Sequence record: PP496444.1
Direction: 5' to 3' (one strand)
DNA length: 64,000 nucleotides
Below, piece after piece: positions 37,480 to 46,656 of the stretch. Within the stretch, counting starts at the first letter, position 1. Every line of letters begins with the position of its first letter. The notes beneath the pieces were generated by a model. That model made no database searches, was not told the origin of the DNA, and saw only the letters and a program-made list of their open reading frames with translations. A program made the position numbers and the translations under genes.

Positions 37480-38490
37480 ATGTACACTCCGTATTCCCAA
37501 AATAGCCTTATGCAGTCCATCCCGCTGGACGACAAAGGCACGTTCGCACATCCGCCGTACACCATGGAAGGGGAGTTCACCGACGTGTGGACAAACCCCA
37601 ATCTGTATGGGTTCACCAGCCTGCTGGACGGGCAGAGAAATAGCCGGACGTACCGGTACTGGATGACGTCTCACAACCTTCCCGCGTTGTTCATCGGCCC
37701 GCATCATGAAGACTCTTTCTGGTTTGAATTCAGCACGGGATTGGAACCCACCTGTATGCTGGATTACAACGATATCAATATCCAAGGTGGTATGAAAGAC
37801 TTCCTCGAACGGTTGACTGCATCTCGTCGGCGCGCACTACTCAAGGCAATGGAAACGGATACGGTCATCCACAAGGCAGGAACCGTAGCCAACTTCAATC
37901 TGTATTATCCGGTTGAAGGACGCCTGTACAGCCTGACATCCATTCACGAACGCCGGGTGCTAAAAGACATCTCCGAGTTTATCGAGTCTAAACTCTGGAG
38001 TATGAAGCAACAACCTACTGACCTCACGTACGGGGCTTTCACCACCTTGATGAATCATATCAGGTTGAAGCAACGTGAAGATACACCGCTGGGCCATAAG
38101 TTGCGCAACGTCCAGCTCTTGGTGATCCGAGATGAACGTTCCGGCTTTATCCTGTCGGTTCATCTGGTGGGGATACACACGCTGAAAGATGATAACATGA
38201 ATCCCACCAAGACGTACTTGCACTCCTTTGCGCGCATCACTGTTCTTCATGCACGGATTGCGTTGCTCACGCTGATCAAGGCAGTTCAAGAGTTAAACGT
38301 CACCAGTCAGTACGCATCCCGTGCACAGGAAAAGATCGACTACATCGACGTAAGCAACGTGGTGCTGTCCGAGCGAGAGCAGTACAAGTCGGACTTCTTC
38401 ACTGACCGGTCACAGGTACACGCATGGGCATCCCCGGCGTTGTTGGAACGGCAGTTACCTTTCATCCATCCCCGTGACATAACTCTGTAA
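37480..38490 (+). CDS. Fem/BioF2-like GNAT 2
   Basis: DFLERLTASRRRALLKA; C-terminal YIDV...QYKSDF. Confidence 0.55.
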   Translation: MYTPYSQNSLMQSIPLDDKGTFAHPPYTMEGEFTDVWTNPNLYGFTSLLDGQRNSRTYRYWMTSHNLPALFIGPHHEDSFWFEFSTGLEPTCMLDYNDINIQGGMKDFLERLTASRRRALLKAMETDTVIHKAGTVANFNLYYPVEGRLYSLTSIHERRVLKDISEFIESKLWSMKQQPTDLTYGAFTTLMNHIRLKQREDTPLGHKLRNVQLLVIRDERSGFILSVHLVGIHTLKDDNMNPTKTYLHSFARITVLHARIALLTLIKAVQELNVTSQYASRAQEKIDYIDVSNVVLSEREQYKSDFFTDRSQVHAWASPALLERQLPFIHPRDITL

Positions 38491-38536
38491 ATGATGGGAA
38501 CAGCCCCACCATCACTTTATCTATAGGGTAGTTCCC

Positions 38537-39586
38537 ATGCAAGACTATGACAAGACTTACATTAGCAGCTGTTTAGTTACCAATCTGGTGTACGCGGGTT
38601 TGAACAATCTTATCACGCCCCGTGCCATTGACCTGCTGATCGAACATCAGGCAGCTATGGAAAACATCTATGCCAATTTGGAAACGGCCTATCAGATTCC
38701 ACAACCTTACCCAAAGGAGTCATTCTACTTTCCGTCAGAGGGTACGCCGGTGTTGGTGTCCGATTACCTGAATTCCAGTCCTGCTATTCGTTGCGGAGAA
38801 CTGGCCGGGTTCGAGGCTAAGCCCAGTGCATTCTTCATGCCGACTGCTGGCATCTTCCCGGAACATCGCATCGACGTACGTGGCCTGTCTTTACGCGACT
38901 TCGATCATTATCTAGTCGAACGTGCGGAAGTATCGCGTATCACTACCAATCTGGTGGCCGACAAGTTCCGTTGCGAGACCCACGTGTACAAAGCGGATGA
39001 AGATCACGTCCTGATCCATGACGCCGAACGGCTGGGTATCAGTCAAGCGGACTTCCGCCGCATGTGGGTACAGACCCGCCGCCGGGAAATCGCTGACAAC
39101 TATCTGCAGCACATGCCCATCGAAGACTCCGCCAAGGATGATCAGGTGGTGCGACTGGTCAACGAAGACGTAGCACGGGTGTTCGCCCAGAACGTTGATT
39201 ATGACCGCATGGTTCCGCCTGAGATGATCTTCGACGGGCAGGGTAAGCCAGTGCTGACCGTGCTGAAAGATTGCAACGCCAAGGTGCTAGGGATCGGCGT
39301 ATACGTCATCTACAAGTCCGCTGACCCTGAACAAGACAGCGAGCTGCACTGGCGCGGTGCTTTCTACGACCACGAAGATCCACGCACGGCATCCATGGGC
39401 ATTGAACACGCTCTGGTCGCCAGCGCACTGCACACGGCGTACGCCTGCAATGCGGTCCTGTACTTGACCAAGGCACCGAAGTCCGTGTGTGACGCATGGA
39501 AGACGGAAGTGCACCAAGGTTACGGCCTGGTCCGTAATGCGATGCCGGAACTGTCTGACACCCCTTACATTCTGGCTATCCAGTAA
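38537..39586 (+). CDS. Fem/BioF2-like GNAT 3 (more divergent)
   Basis: DFRRMWVQTRRREI; LGIGVY...GAFYD..SMGIEHAL; C-terminal LYL...AWK. Confidence 0.4.
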   Translation: MQDYDKTYISSCLVTNLVYAGLNNLITPRAIDLLIEHQAAMENIYANLETAYQIPQPYPKESFYFPSEGTPVLVSDYLNSSPAIRCGELAGFEAKPSAFFMPTAGIFPEHRIDVRGLSLRDFDHYLVERAEVSRITTNLVADKFRCETHVYKADEDHVLIHDAERLGISQADFRRMWVQTRRREIADNYLQHMPIEDSAKDDQVVRLVNEDVARVFAQNVDYDRMVPPEMIFDGQGKPVLTVLKDCNAKVLGIGVYVIYKSADPEQDSELHWRGAFYDHEDPRTASMGIEHALVASALHTAYACNAVLYLTKAPKSVCDAWKTEVHQGYGLVRNAMPELSDTPYILAIQ

Positions 39587-39619
39587 ATAGCCGGTAACTC
39601 CATCCATTGAGGTACTTCC

Positions 39620-41704
39620 ATGAAATCCGTGAACCCCATCTTCAAGCACGTTCCCCAGTTCGACTGGCCTGTCATTCCGCGTGCACAGTGGGAAGAGATC
39701 ATCAAGGGCAAAGAGCACGTGATGTTCGACTCTTTCTCGCAACTCGCCCAGGTGCTGGCTATCCCGGCGAGCAGTTACCAGTTCTACTTTGAAGATGGGT
39801 CCACGTTGTTCGCTGGTCCCGAAGCAACCTTCACCGCCGCCCCGTATCCGTTGTATCAGGATCTGGAATTCGTGCTGACCCCCGACGAGACGTTGGTACC
39901 CGGTCTTGCACTGGATACCAAACCGTGGGGCCTGTACACCGATGAATGGGTGGACAAGTACGAAGGTGAGGACAAGGGAGACCTTGATCACAAGACCGGG
40001 TTTGAGTTCATCCCGTTGCCAGACGCCTTGAAACTGGTAACCCTCAACCCGGAGACCATGCAGCTCCAGTACACCGCCATCGAGAGCTTCACGTACGACG
40101 GCGTGACCTACGTATACCTGCTGGCTGATGGCGTGTGCTGGGTACTGGCGGGCAAGTCCGGTGGTCTGGTTGCCAGCGAGCAGGACAAAGGCGCAGCGTA
40201 CATCATGGTGTCTCATCCCGAGTTCGGCGGGTGCAGCGTAGACAACATGTACGCCAGCGAGTTCGGTGAAGAAGACGCGACGTTCTACGTCCAAGACGAG
40301 GAACACAACTACCTGGACGCGGCTAACCGTATCTTCGAGGAAGCCAAGGGGGTAGGTGCTGGTACGTTCCTGACCATCGAGACCGGTGATGGACTGCCGA
40401 CGGCACTGGCCTACAACCTGCGGCACAGTGATGTGTCCCATGTTAACCTGCCGATGCACAACATCCACCAGTTCACCGTGTTGCACGAGAAGCTGGGTGA
40501 GACTCCTAACTTCTCCGATGCGCCGGAAGCGTGCCGCATGAAAGAGGTGATGGAGTATCTGGCGGACCCTGAGTCCCCGGTAGACCATTACTGGTCGGCC
40601 ATCATGGTGCTGGAGAAGAACTTCCCCGGCTTCGCGGAAGCGTTGAAAGACTCCAGCGTCCCGACCCGCGACATCGTGCACTCCAAACAGGCATTCAGCT
40701 TGGAGATCGATCGTCAGTTCGGCAAGGAAGTGGCGAGCAAGATCGGTCTGAACACTGGCGTCTTCGCCCAAGTAAAAGACCGCGATGAGTGGCTGGCGAT
40801 CAAAGACAAGTTCCCTACGCCTTTTGTGGCCGTCAAGTACAACACCAAACACTTCATCGGTATCTTCGACAAGGAAGAGGTGGCGAAGTCCATCAATATG
40901 TGGCTGGCCGGTCAACCCGGAGAGTCGCTGATGATCGAAGAGTACTTCGGTGAAGGCAATCAGGAATTCAACCTGTGCTACGTGATCAACGAAGAGTTCG
41001 TGCAGCCGATGCTGTTCCTGTGCGAAGTCAACAAGATCCTCGGCAATGACACCGGTGGCAAAGGCGGCAACACACTGGCCTGCCATGATGCCCGCATCGA
41101 GAAGTACCCGGAGGCCTTCGAGCCGGTCAACGCTGCGCTGGCTCATCTGCATGAACACGTGGAAGGTGTGAAGGGCTGGGTTGATCTGAGCTTCATGGTC
41201 CGAGACGGCGTCCCGTACTTCACAGAGTGGTGCATCCGCATCGGCTGCTCCAACAACGCCACCATCGTGCGCCAGATGGAAACGCCGCTTAACATCCTGC
41301 TGACTAACCTGACCAACAAAGAATACACCGACGTGAGCTGGAAGCATTCGATGTCTGTTAGCGTGGACATCTACAGCATGCCGCTGTCCGCAGGCAACGA
41401 TGCCAACATGCAGTTCACAGACTCGCTGACCAACCCGGTGCAGATGGTGTCGCCACTCAATCTGGAACTGGCCGCTGAGAGTTTCTTCGACCCGATTGAC
41501 TCGGCCTGGAACGCGGTGTTCGATGGTTACATCGTCGAGGCTTACAACCGCTACGGCACCGTCTCGGGCTACTCCACCAACTGGCAGTTCGCCTGCAGCG
41601 CGGCTTATAACCACTTGAAAGATCAGTCGGTGTTGTACGGAGCGTACCGTGATGCGCCTGTTCACCACGACCCACTGACTCTGTTCCCTTTCCTCAAGGC
41701 GTAA
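39620..41704 (+). CDS. PurD(GARS)-like ATP-grasp ligase with a ~300-aa N-terminal extension
   Basis: LEIDRQFGKEV..KIGL, IEEYF.G.EF, NKILGNDTGGKGGN, GWVDLSFMV..G.PYFTEWCIRIG parallel PurD motifs. Confidence 0.7.
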   Translation: MKSVNPIFKHVPQFDWPVIPRAQWEEIIKGKEHVMFDSFSQLAQVLAIPASSYQFYFEDGSTLFAGPEATFTAAPYPLYQDLEFVLTPDETLVPGLALDTKPWGLYTDEWVDKYEGEDKGDLDHKTGFEFIPLPDALKLVTLNPETMQLQYTAIESFTYDGVTYVYLLADGVCWVLAGKSGGLVASEQDKGAAYIMVSHPEFGGCSVDNMYASEFGEEDATFYVQDEEHNYLDAANRIFEEAKGVGAGTFLTIETGDGLPTALAYNLRHSDVSHVNLPMHNIHQFTVLHEKLGETPNFSDAPEACRMKEVMEYLADPESPVDHYWSAIMVLEKNFPGFAEALKDSSVPTRDIVHSKQAFSLEIDRQFGKEVASKIGLNTGVFAQVKDRDEWLAIKDKFPTPFVAVKYNTKHFIGIFDKEEVAKSINMWLAGQPGESLMIEEYFGEGNQEFNLCYVINEEFVQPMLFLCEVNKILGNDTGGKGGNTLACHDARIEKYPEAFEPVNAALAHLHEHVEGVKGWVDLSFMVRDGVPYFTEWCIRIGCSNNATIVRQMETPLNILLTNLTNKEYTDVSWKHSMSVSVDIYSMPLSAGNDANMQFTDSLTNPVQMVSPLNLELAAESFFDPIDSAWNAVFDGYIVEAYNRYGTVSGYSTNWQFACSAAYNHLKDQSVLYGAYRDAPVHHDPLTLFPFLKA

Positions 41705-41707
41705 TCC

Positions 41708-42871
41708 ATGAGCACTCCATTCCAACAGTTCACCCTAGATGAGTGGATTCGCTACATGCGAGGCGAATCCACTATCTGGCGTATGTACGCCGACGATCAT
41801 CCCGACAGGGTTGAGTTCAGCCCGGTATGGCGTGACGAGATGTACCGGTTGATGGTGCAGTTCAAAGAACTGCTGCCGATGTCGTTCTCCAATCCGGTGT
41901 ACGGCTTCACCGAAGGCTTTTTTGAAGGGTTTGGACTCCAGCCCTTCTACGGCGATGATCCGTTCAATCCGATGGTTCAACCTCTAAGCCACCCTTTGGT
42001 GCACGTGGGCTTCCCGCTCACGCTGGACGAGATGGCATCAAGCATGAAGGACTGGCAGTCCCTGAGCGATCACCTGGGGCGTCCGCAGCTGGTCGATACA
42101 TTCGAGCCGGTTCCGTTGCTATCGCGCAACCTGTACGAGCCTAACGCGTTGCTGACCGTACGGAACAAGGAAGAGATCGTGATGAACGGAGGCTGGTCCA
42201 GTAGATACTTCCTCTGGCTGAACAGTCCGATCACCGAACTCAAAGGTAACTTCGACATTTATCTGGCCAGCCTGACCAAGAAGCGCCGCTACAAAGTGAA
42301 ACAGGCACTGGCGACGGTCGGCACTGAAGAAAACCCGGCTATCAGTGTCAGTACCGGCAAAGGTTTCGGTTACAGTGAGCTGGCAGATCAAGTAGACAGC
42401 ATCCTCGCGACATTTGAAGATCCAGTGGACATCGAGTGCATGCTTCTTCAGCTGCTGTTCGGCGTAGCAACCTGTCACACGCACCCTCATCTGGTCGATA
42501 TCGTTTATGCAGATGAGCAGTTGGGGATCTTCATCAAGCGCAACGGCCACACGATGAACTTCCTCTACAACCGCGACCCGGACAACCGCGCTGATTCAGG
42601 CATCAACCTGCTGACCCAGTACGTGCGCCACTTGCACGAGAACGGCCCGGCAGACATTGCCTACGTGGACCCGACATGTCGATATCGGCCTGACGAGGAC
42701 AGTATGAACACCTACAAGCGGGTGATCACCAACGAGAACCGGTATCACCCAATGCCATTCGTCTCGGCTGACCCTGCGCATATCGAAGGTGTGCTAACCC
42801 CGGCGTTCATTGCGGGTATCTGGCAGCTGGATGCGACCAACGGCCCGGCCAATCCTGAGATGATGGAGTAA
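41708..42871 (+). CDS. Fem/BioF2-like GNAT 4
   Basis: FDIYLASLTKKRRYKVKQA (Acetyltransf_6-type signature); C-terminal YVD...TYKRV. Confidence 0.6.
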   Translation: MSTPFQQFTLDEWIRYMRGESTIWRMYADDHPDRVEFSPVWRDEMYRLMVQFKELLPMSFSNPVYGFTEGFFEGFGLQPFYGDDPFNPMVQPLSHPLVHVGFPLTLDEMASSMKDWQSLSDHLGRPQLVDTFEPVPLLSRNLYEPNALLTVRNKEEIVMNGGWSSRYFLWLNSPITELKGNFDIYLASLTKKRRYKVKQALATVGTEENPAISVSTGKGFGYSELADQVDSILATFEDPVDIECMLLQLLFGVATCHTHPHLVDIVYADEQLGIFIKRNGHTMNFLYNRDPDNRADSGINLLTQYVRHLHENGPADIAYVDPTCRYRPDEDSMNTYKRVITNENRYHPMPFVSADPAHIEGVLTPAFIAGIWQLDATNGPANPEMME

Positions 42872-42873
42872 CC

Positions 42874-43821
42874 ATGGCAAAGCACAAAGTCAAGAGGTTG
42901 GAAATCAGCCACATCTACGACTTCTACCCGTTGTATCAGGTGATGTACGGGCGTGGCATGGAGACCAAAGCATTCGAGGTCTCCAAGTTCGCCAAGATGG
43001 TGCTGGACTTTGAAGCCTCAACCAGTACCCGCCGGAAGTGGGACGTGCTGGAGCCTTTTAGCGGTATCAGCGAGCACGAACACTTCTTCGCTGCGACCGG
43101 CCTGAACATCGAGCACTACACCGGCATGGACATCGTGGTTCCAGAGGGGGCCACGAACGTCATTCAAGGGGACATCATCACCACACCTCTGCCGTCGCAT
43201 GTCAACGCGGTGTTCGCCTTCTACTACAGTTTGCAGAATGTACGGGACGCCAAGACTGATATGCACACGCGGGCCAAGCTGGTTGAGTTCTTTGATAACG
43301 TTCTCGGTCACCTGCAAGTCAACGCGAACAAGAGTCGTATGCCCGCAGTGTTCGCGTTCCACCTTGACCAGCCTGAAGAACCTAATTACTATCTGACGTC
43401 CCGTGCCGACGTTGGAGGTGAGCAATCATGGATCGCACCCGCGTGTGGTCTGCTGGGTCAACATCTAGGGTGCAAGCCGACAGACACGCTGGAAGTGAAA
43501 TGCAATCTGGACACTTGGTACAACCGCATTCAGTGCACGGCGTACGATCAGGCAGAGGACATCCAGATTCTGGTAAATGGGCGAGTAACCGCTACCGTTG
43601 ACATCAAGAAGCCGTTCACCCATCGGGTCTGGACGGAGCATGAGGTCATCGATATCCTGCGGGGTCTGGACTACAAGCTGGATATCCGCATGTACAACGG
43701 CACCCTCTCCAATTACGACTTCGTGATGACCCGTCTGGATGACAAGCCCGTTCCCGGCGATGAAGAGGCTAATACTAATCAGATGACAACTGATATGCTG
43801 GTTGTCGTTAATCCGAGGTAA
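42874..43821 (+). CDS. Class I SAM-dependent methyltransferase 1
   Basis: VLEPFSG (motif I variant), YTGMDI, IQGDI, AVFAFYYSL. Confidence 0.7.
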   Translation: MAKHKVKRLEISHIYDFYPLYQVMYGRGMETKAFEVSKFAKMVLDFEASTSTRRKWDVLEPFSGISEHEHFFAATGLNIEHYTGMDIVVPEGATNVIQGDIITTPLPSHVNAVFAFYYSLQNVRDAKTDMHTRAKLVEFFDNVLGHLQVNANKSRMPAVFAFHLDQPEEPNYYLTSRADVGGEQSWIAPACGLLGQHLGCKPTDTLEVKCNLDTWYNRIQCTAYDQAEDIQILVNGRVTATVDIKKPFTHRVWTEHEVIDILRGLDYKLDIRMYNGTLSNYDFVMTRLDDKPVPGDEEANTNQMTTDMLVVVNPR

Positions 43822-43823
43822 GC

Positions 43824-44741
43824 ATGGCTAAGCCCAAAGTTCCAACCAGAACGGTCCCCACGTTGTACCAAGACTGGGGATTGTACAGCGCCATCTGCGA
43901 GCTGCCCGAGGTTACGATGCTGATGATGTCGCGCTTCGTGGCAGATCGGACCATCGAGCATGCTGAGCGCAACGATCTGGAAAGCGTGTCGATCATGGAG
44001 CCTTTCAGCGGCCCGATCCCGTACTACGAGCCAGACATCCGCAGCTTCCTGACTCGCGCTCGCGTTGATCTGGATACGTACGATCACGTCGAGTACCTGG
44101 ACCATGGTGAGCTGTCGGAAGATAACAGTATCATCATCGGTGACATCACCACCATCGACCTGAAACAGAAGTACGATGTCATCTACGGCAGTTACGGCAG
44201 CTTGGCCTGCTTGCTGCTGGATCAGACGCACAACAAAGCGTACGAGAAGTCGCATGCAGCGCTGGTCAACATCCGCGAGCACCTGAAACCCAACGGCATT
44301 TTCATCCTGAACGCCAACGGGTCCAGCGAAAGACTGTTGAACGATCTGCTGAACTCCGATGAGCCGGATCAGGAGATTCGTGTCCGTCCGGGGTCACAGC
44401 TGGGCAAGGCGTTCCGGCTCAAGCCAGACAGTAACGCGCTGCTTCGCTTCACCTATCAGGTGGACTACGACCGGTGCACCACCTGCACCATGTGCTACTA
44501 CAGCGATATGGTGCTGTCTGTAAATGGGGTTGACATCCAGCGCTGGGAGGTGGAATCCCCGACGTATCTTGCGCCGCTGGATGAACCCGAACTAATCCGA
44601 ATGGCAGGCATGGCGGGTTTCAATCTGGGCAGGACTGAGTTCTACGGATTGGACACCACCGGGTATCCTGCCTTCTTCAAGATGGATACGGTCTGCGACG
44701 GGGCATGGTCCCCCGCCGAATTCGTAGTCTTTCGCACCTAA
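43824..44741 (+). CDS. Class I SAM-dependent methyltransferase 2
   Basis: IMEPFSG, IIGDI, KYDVIY..YGSL, REHLKPNGIFIL. Confidence 0.8.
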   Translation: MAKPKVPTRTVPTLYQDWGLYSAICELPEVTMLMMSRFVADRTIEHAERNDLESVSIMEPFSGPIPYYEPDIRSFLTRARVDLDTYDHVEYLDHGELSEDNSIIIGDITTIDLKQKYDVIYGSYGSLACLLLDQTHNKAYEKSHAALVNIREHLKPNGIFILNANGSSERLLNDLLNSDEPDQEIRVRPGSQLGKAFRLKPDSNALLRFTYQVDYDRCTTCTMCYYSDMVLSVNGVDIQRWEVESPTYLAPLDEPELIRMAGMAGFNLGRTEFYGLDTTGYPAFFKMDTVCDGAWSPAEFVVFRT

Positions 44742-44751
44742 CGAGGTTCCT

Positions 44752-45987
44752 ATGAGCGTTATCATCCCCACCGTAGCGGCAGACAGTGGTCAGCACGACA
44801 TGATCATTCAAGGTTGTTCCACTGGTCGCGTCTCTATGGCTGAGCCTAACGAGGGCTCCAAACCCAAGTCGTCCAAGAAGCTGTACGAACGCGAAGACCT
44901 TATGGCGTACGACAGCGAGTCGGAACACTGGCAGAAGCAGTTGGCCCGCCGCTACGCCCACCACGGTGAGATGGCTGGCGTGCTGAACAACGTCGAGGTG
45001 GTGCCGGAAGCCACCTACCAGAACTTCGACATGAAGATCACCCCGTACACCGCGCAGTTGATGGACCAGAACGATCCCAACTGCCCGATCCGTCTGCAGT
45101 ACATGCCGACCAACAAAGAGCTAGAGTCGATTCAGCGCGAAGAGACCATGCACAACGAACTGGGCGAGGAAGAAGACACCATCCCCGGTACCTCGGTAGT
45201 GCATCGCTATCCGCGTCGTGTCTTGTTCCTGACCACTACCCAGTGCGCCAGCTTTTGCCGTTACTGCACCCGTGCACGTATCGTCTCCCATGGCGGCGAA
45301 GCAGCGATCACCAAGAAGCACCTGGATGCCAGCATCGACTACATCGCGGGCAACAAGGACATCGAAGACGTGCTGCTGTCCGGCGGTGACCCGTTCATCC
45401 TCCCAGACAACAAGCTTGACGAGATCCTCGGTCGTATCCGCGCCGAAGCACCTCACGTTCGCTTCCTGCGTATCGGTAGCCGACTGCCGGTCCAGATGCC
45501 AACCCGTATCACTCCAGAGCTGTGCGAGATTCTGGAACGCCACAACGTCAACATGGTCAACATCCATGTGAACCATCCGAAAGAGGTAACTCCTCTGCTG
45601 GCGTCCCGGTTGAAGATGCTGCGCAAAGCGGGCATCATGCTGGGCAATCAGGCCGTCATGCTGAAAGGTGTGAACGACTCCATCGAGGTGATGACCGAGC
45701 TGTGCTTGCGCATGGTCGAGATGGGCGTGCGTCCGTACTACGTCTACTCCAACGATCCGGTGGCACAGGCTGCACACTTCACCGTGTCGCTGAAAGAGAT
45801 GTTGGACATCAACGAAGGCATGCGTGGCTTCCTGTCTGGCCCGGCGATGCCCCTGTTTATCTGTGACGGAATCGGCGGCCTTGGAAAACTTCCTGTCCAG
45901 AACGACTACGTCAAGGTTAACGACTCCGGTGAAATCTGGGGCCGTAACTACGAGGGTTTGACTACCCGAATGAAGCATCTGGAATAA
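44752..45987 (+). CDS. kamA: Lysine 2,3-aminomutase (radical SAM, PLP-dependent)
   Basis: HRYP.RVL, CASFCRYCTR, LLSGGDP, SRLPV..P.RIT, HVNHPKE, NQAVMLKGVND, PYYVYSND, DGIGGLGK (PLP lysine). Confidence 0.93.
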   Translation: MSVIIPTVAADSGQHDMIIQGCSTGRVSMAEPNEGSKPKSSKKLYEREDLMAYDSESEHWQKQLARRYAHHGEMAGVLNNVEVVPEATYQNFDMKITPYTAQLMDQNDPNCPIRLQYMPTNKELESIQREETMHNELGEEEDTIPGTSVVHRYPRRVLFLTTTQCASFCRYCTRARIVSHGGEAAITKKHLDASIDYIAGNKDIEDVLLSGGDPFILPDNKLDEILGRIRAEAPHVRFLRIGSRLPVQMPTRITPELCEILERHNVNMVNIHVNHPKEVTPLLASRLKMLRKAGIMLGNQAVMLKGVNDSIEVMTELCLRMVEMGVRPYYVYSNDPVAQAAHFTVSLKEMLDINEGMRGFLSGPAMPLFICDGIGGLGKLPVQNDYVKVNDSGEIWGRNYEGLTTRMKHLE

Positions 45988-46138
45988 GCGTTCCCAGACA
46001 CTCCCTAGTTCCATTGTACAAGCGTCGAAAGCCCCATTTGCGCTAGGTCCTGTAAATGGGGTTGCTTATCAGCGTTGCACTGTGTTACGCTGGATTGGAC
46101 CCATATTATTCCGATAACCGAAACCCCGAGGTATCACC

Positions 46139-46576
46139 ATGAGCTTCTCCGTAACCGTAGCTGCACAGACCATCGCTGCTCCCGAGTCGCTGGGCAACCC
46201 GTCGAAAGGCGCAAGCGTCCTCGAAGCCAACGAAGGCTTTGCCGTGATCGAGTTCCAGCGTCCTCGCGCTTCAAAGCGTGACCAGATCGCCGTTCCTCGC
46301 GCCCAGATCCTTTCCCTGAGCCACGGCAGCGCCGACGGCGACAGCGGTTACCTGATCGCTCAAGGCATGGCCGGTGTGGCCGACGAATTTGAAGCCGCAA
46401 GCTTCACCATCGAAGGCAACGTTGCCACTTTCGTGACCGCTGAAGGCGCCACCATCGAAACCGACGCACGTCTGACCCGCATCCTCGCTTACGGTGTGGA
46501 AGAAGGCGAAAACAGCCTGCTGGGCGCGCCGAAGAAGAAAGCTGGCAAAGAAAAAGCAAGCACCAAGAAGAAGTAA
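46139..46576 (+). CDS. Highly expressed hypothetical protein with Lys-rich tail
   Basis: Strong codon bias, GAGG RBS, own terminator, KKKAGKEKASTKKK end. Confidence 0.75.
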   Translation: MSFSVTVAAQTIAAPESLGNPSKGASVLEANEGFAVIEFQRPRASKRDQIAVPRAQILSLSHGSADGDSGYLIAQGMAGVADEFEAASFTIEGNVATFVTAEGATIETDARLTRILAYGVEEGENSLLGAPKKKAGKEKASTKKK

Positions 46577-46605
46577 TCAACACGGCCCGCGCCGGTTGAG
46601 ATTGT

Positions 46606-46637
46606 AAAAAGCCCCTTCCGTTCGGTTGGGGCTTTTT
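46606..46637. terminator. Intrinsic terminator
   Basis: AAAAAGCCCC-loop-GGGGCTTTTT. Confidence 0.85.
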
Positions 46638-46656
46638 CGTTATACCGAGGTGTCCC

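Noticed and set aside
39620-41704. True purine biosynthesis purD
   Set aside because: Substrate-loop motifs altered, large extra domain, no other pur genes
39287-41725. 812-aa minus-strand ORF
   Set aside because: Antisense shadow of the ATP-grasp gene, produced by strong codon bias; no RBS or motifs, and the sense gene has clear family motifs
44752-45987. EF-P beta-lysylation (epmA/epmB/efp) module
   Set aside because: No class II lysyl-tRNA-synthetase-like EpmA or EF-P gene nearby
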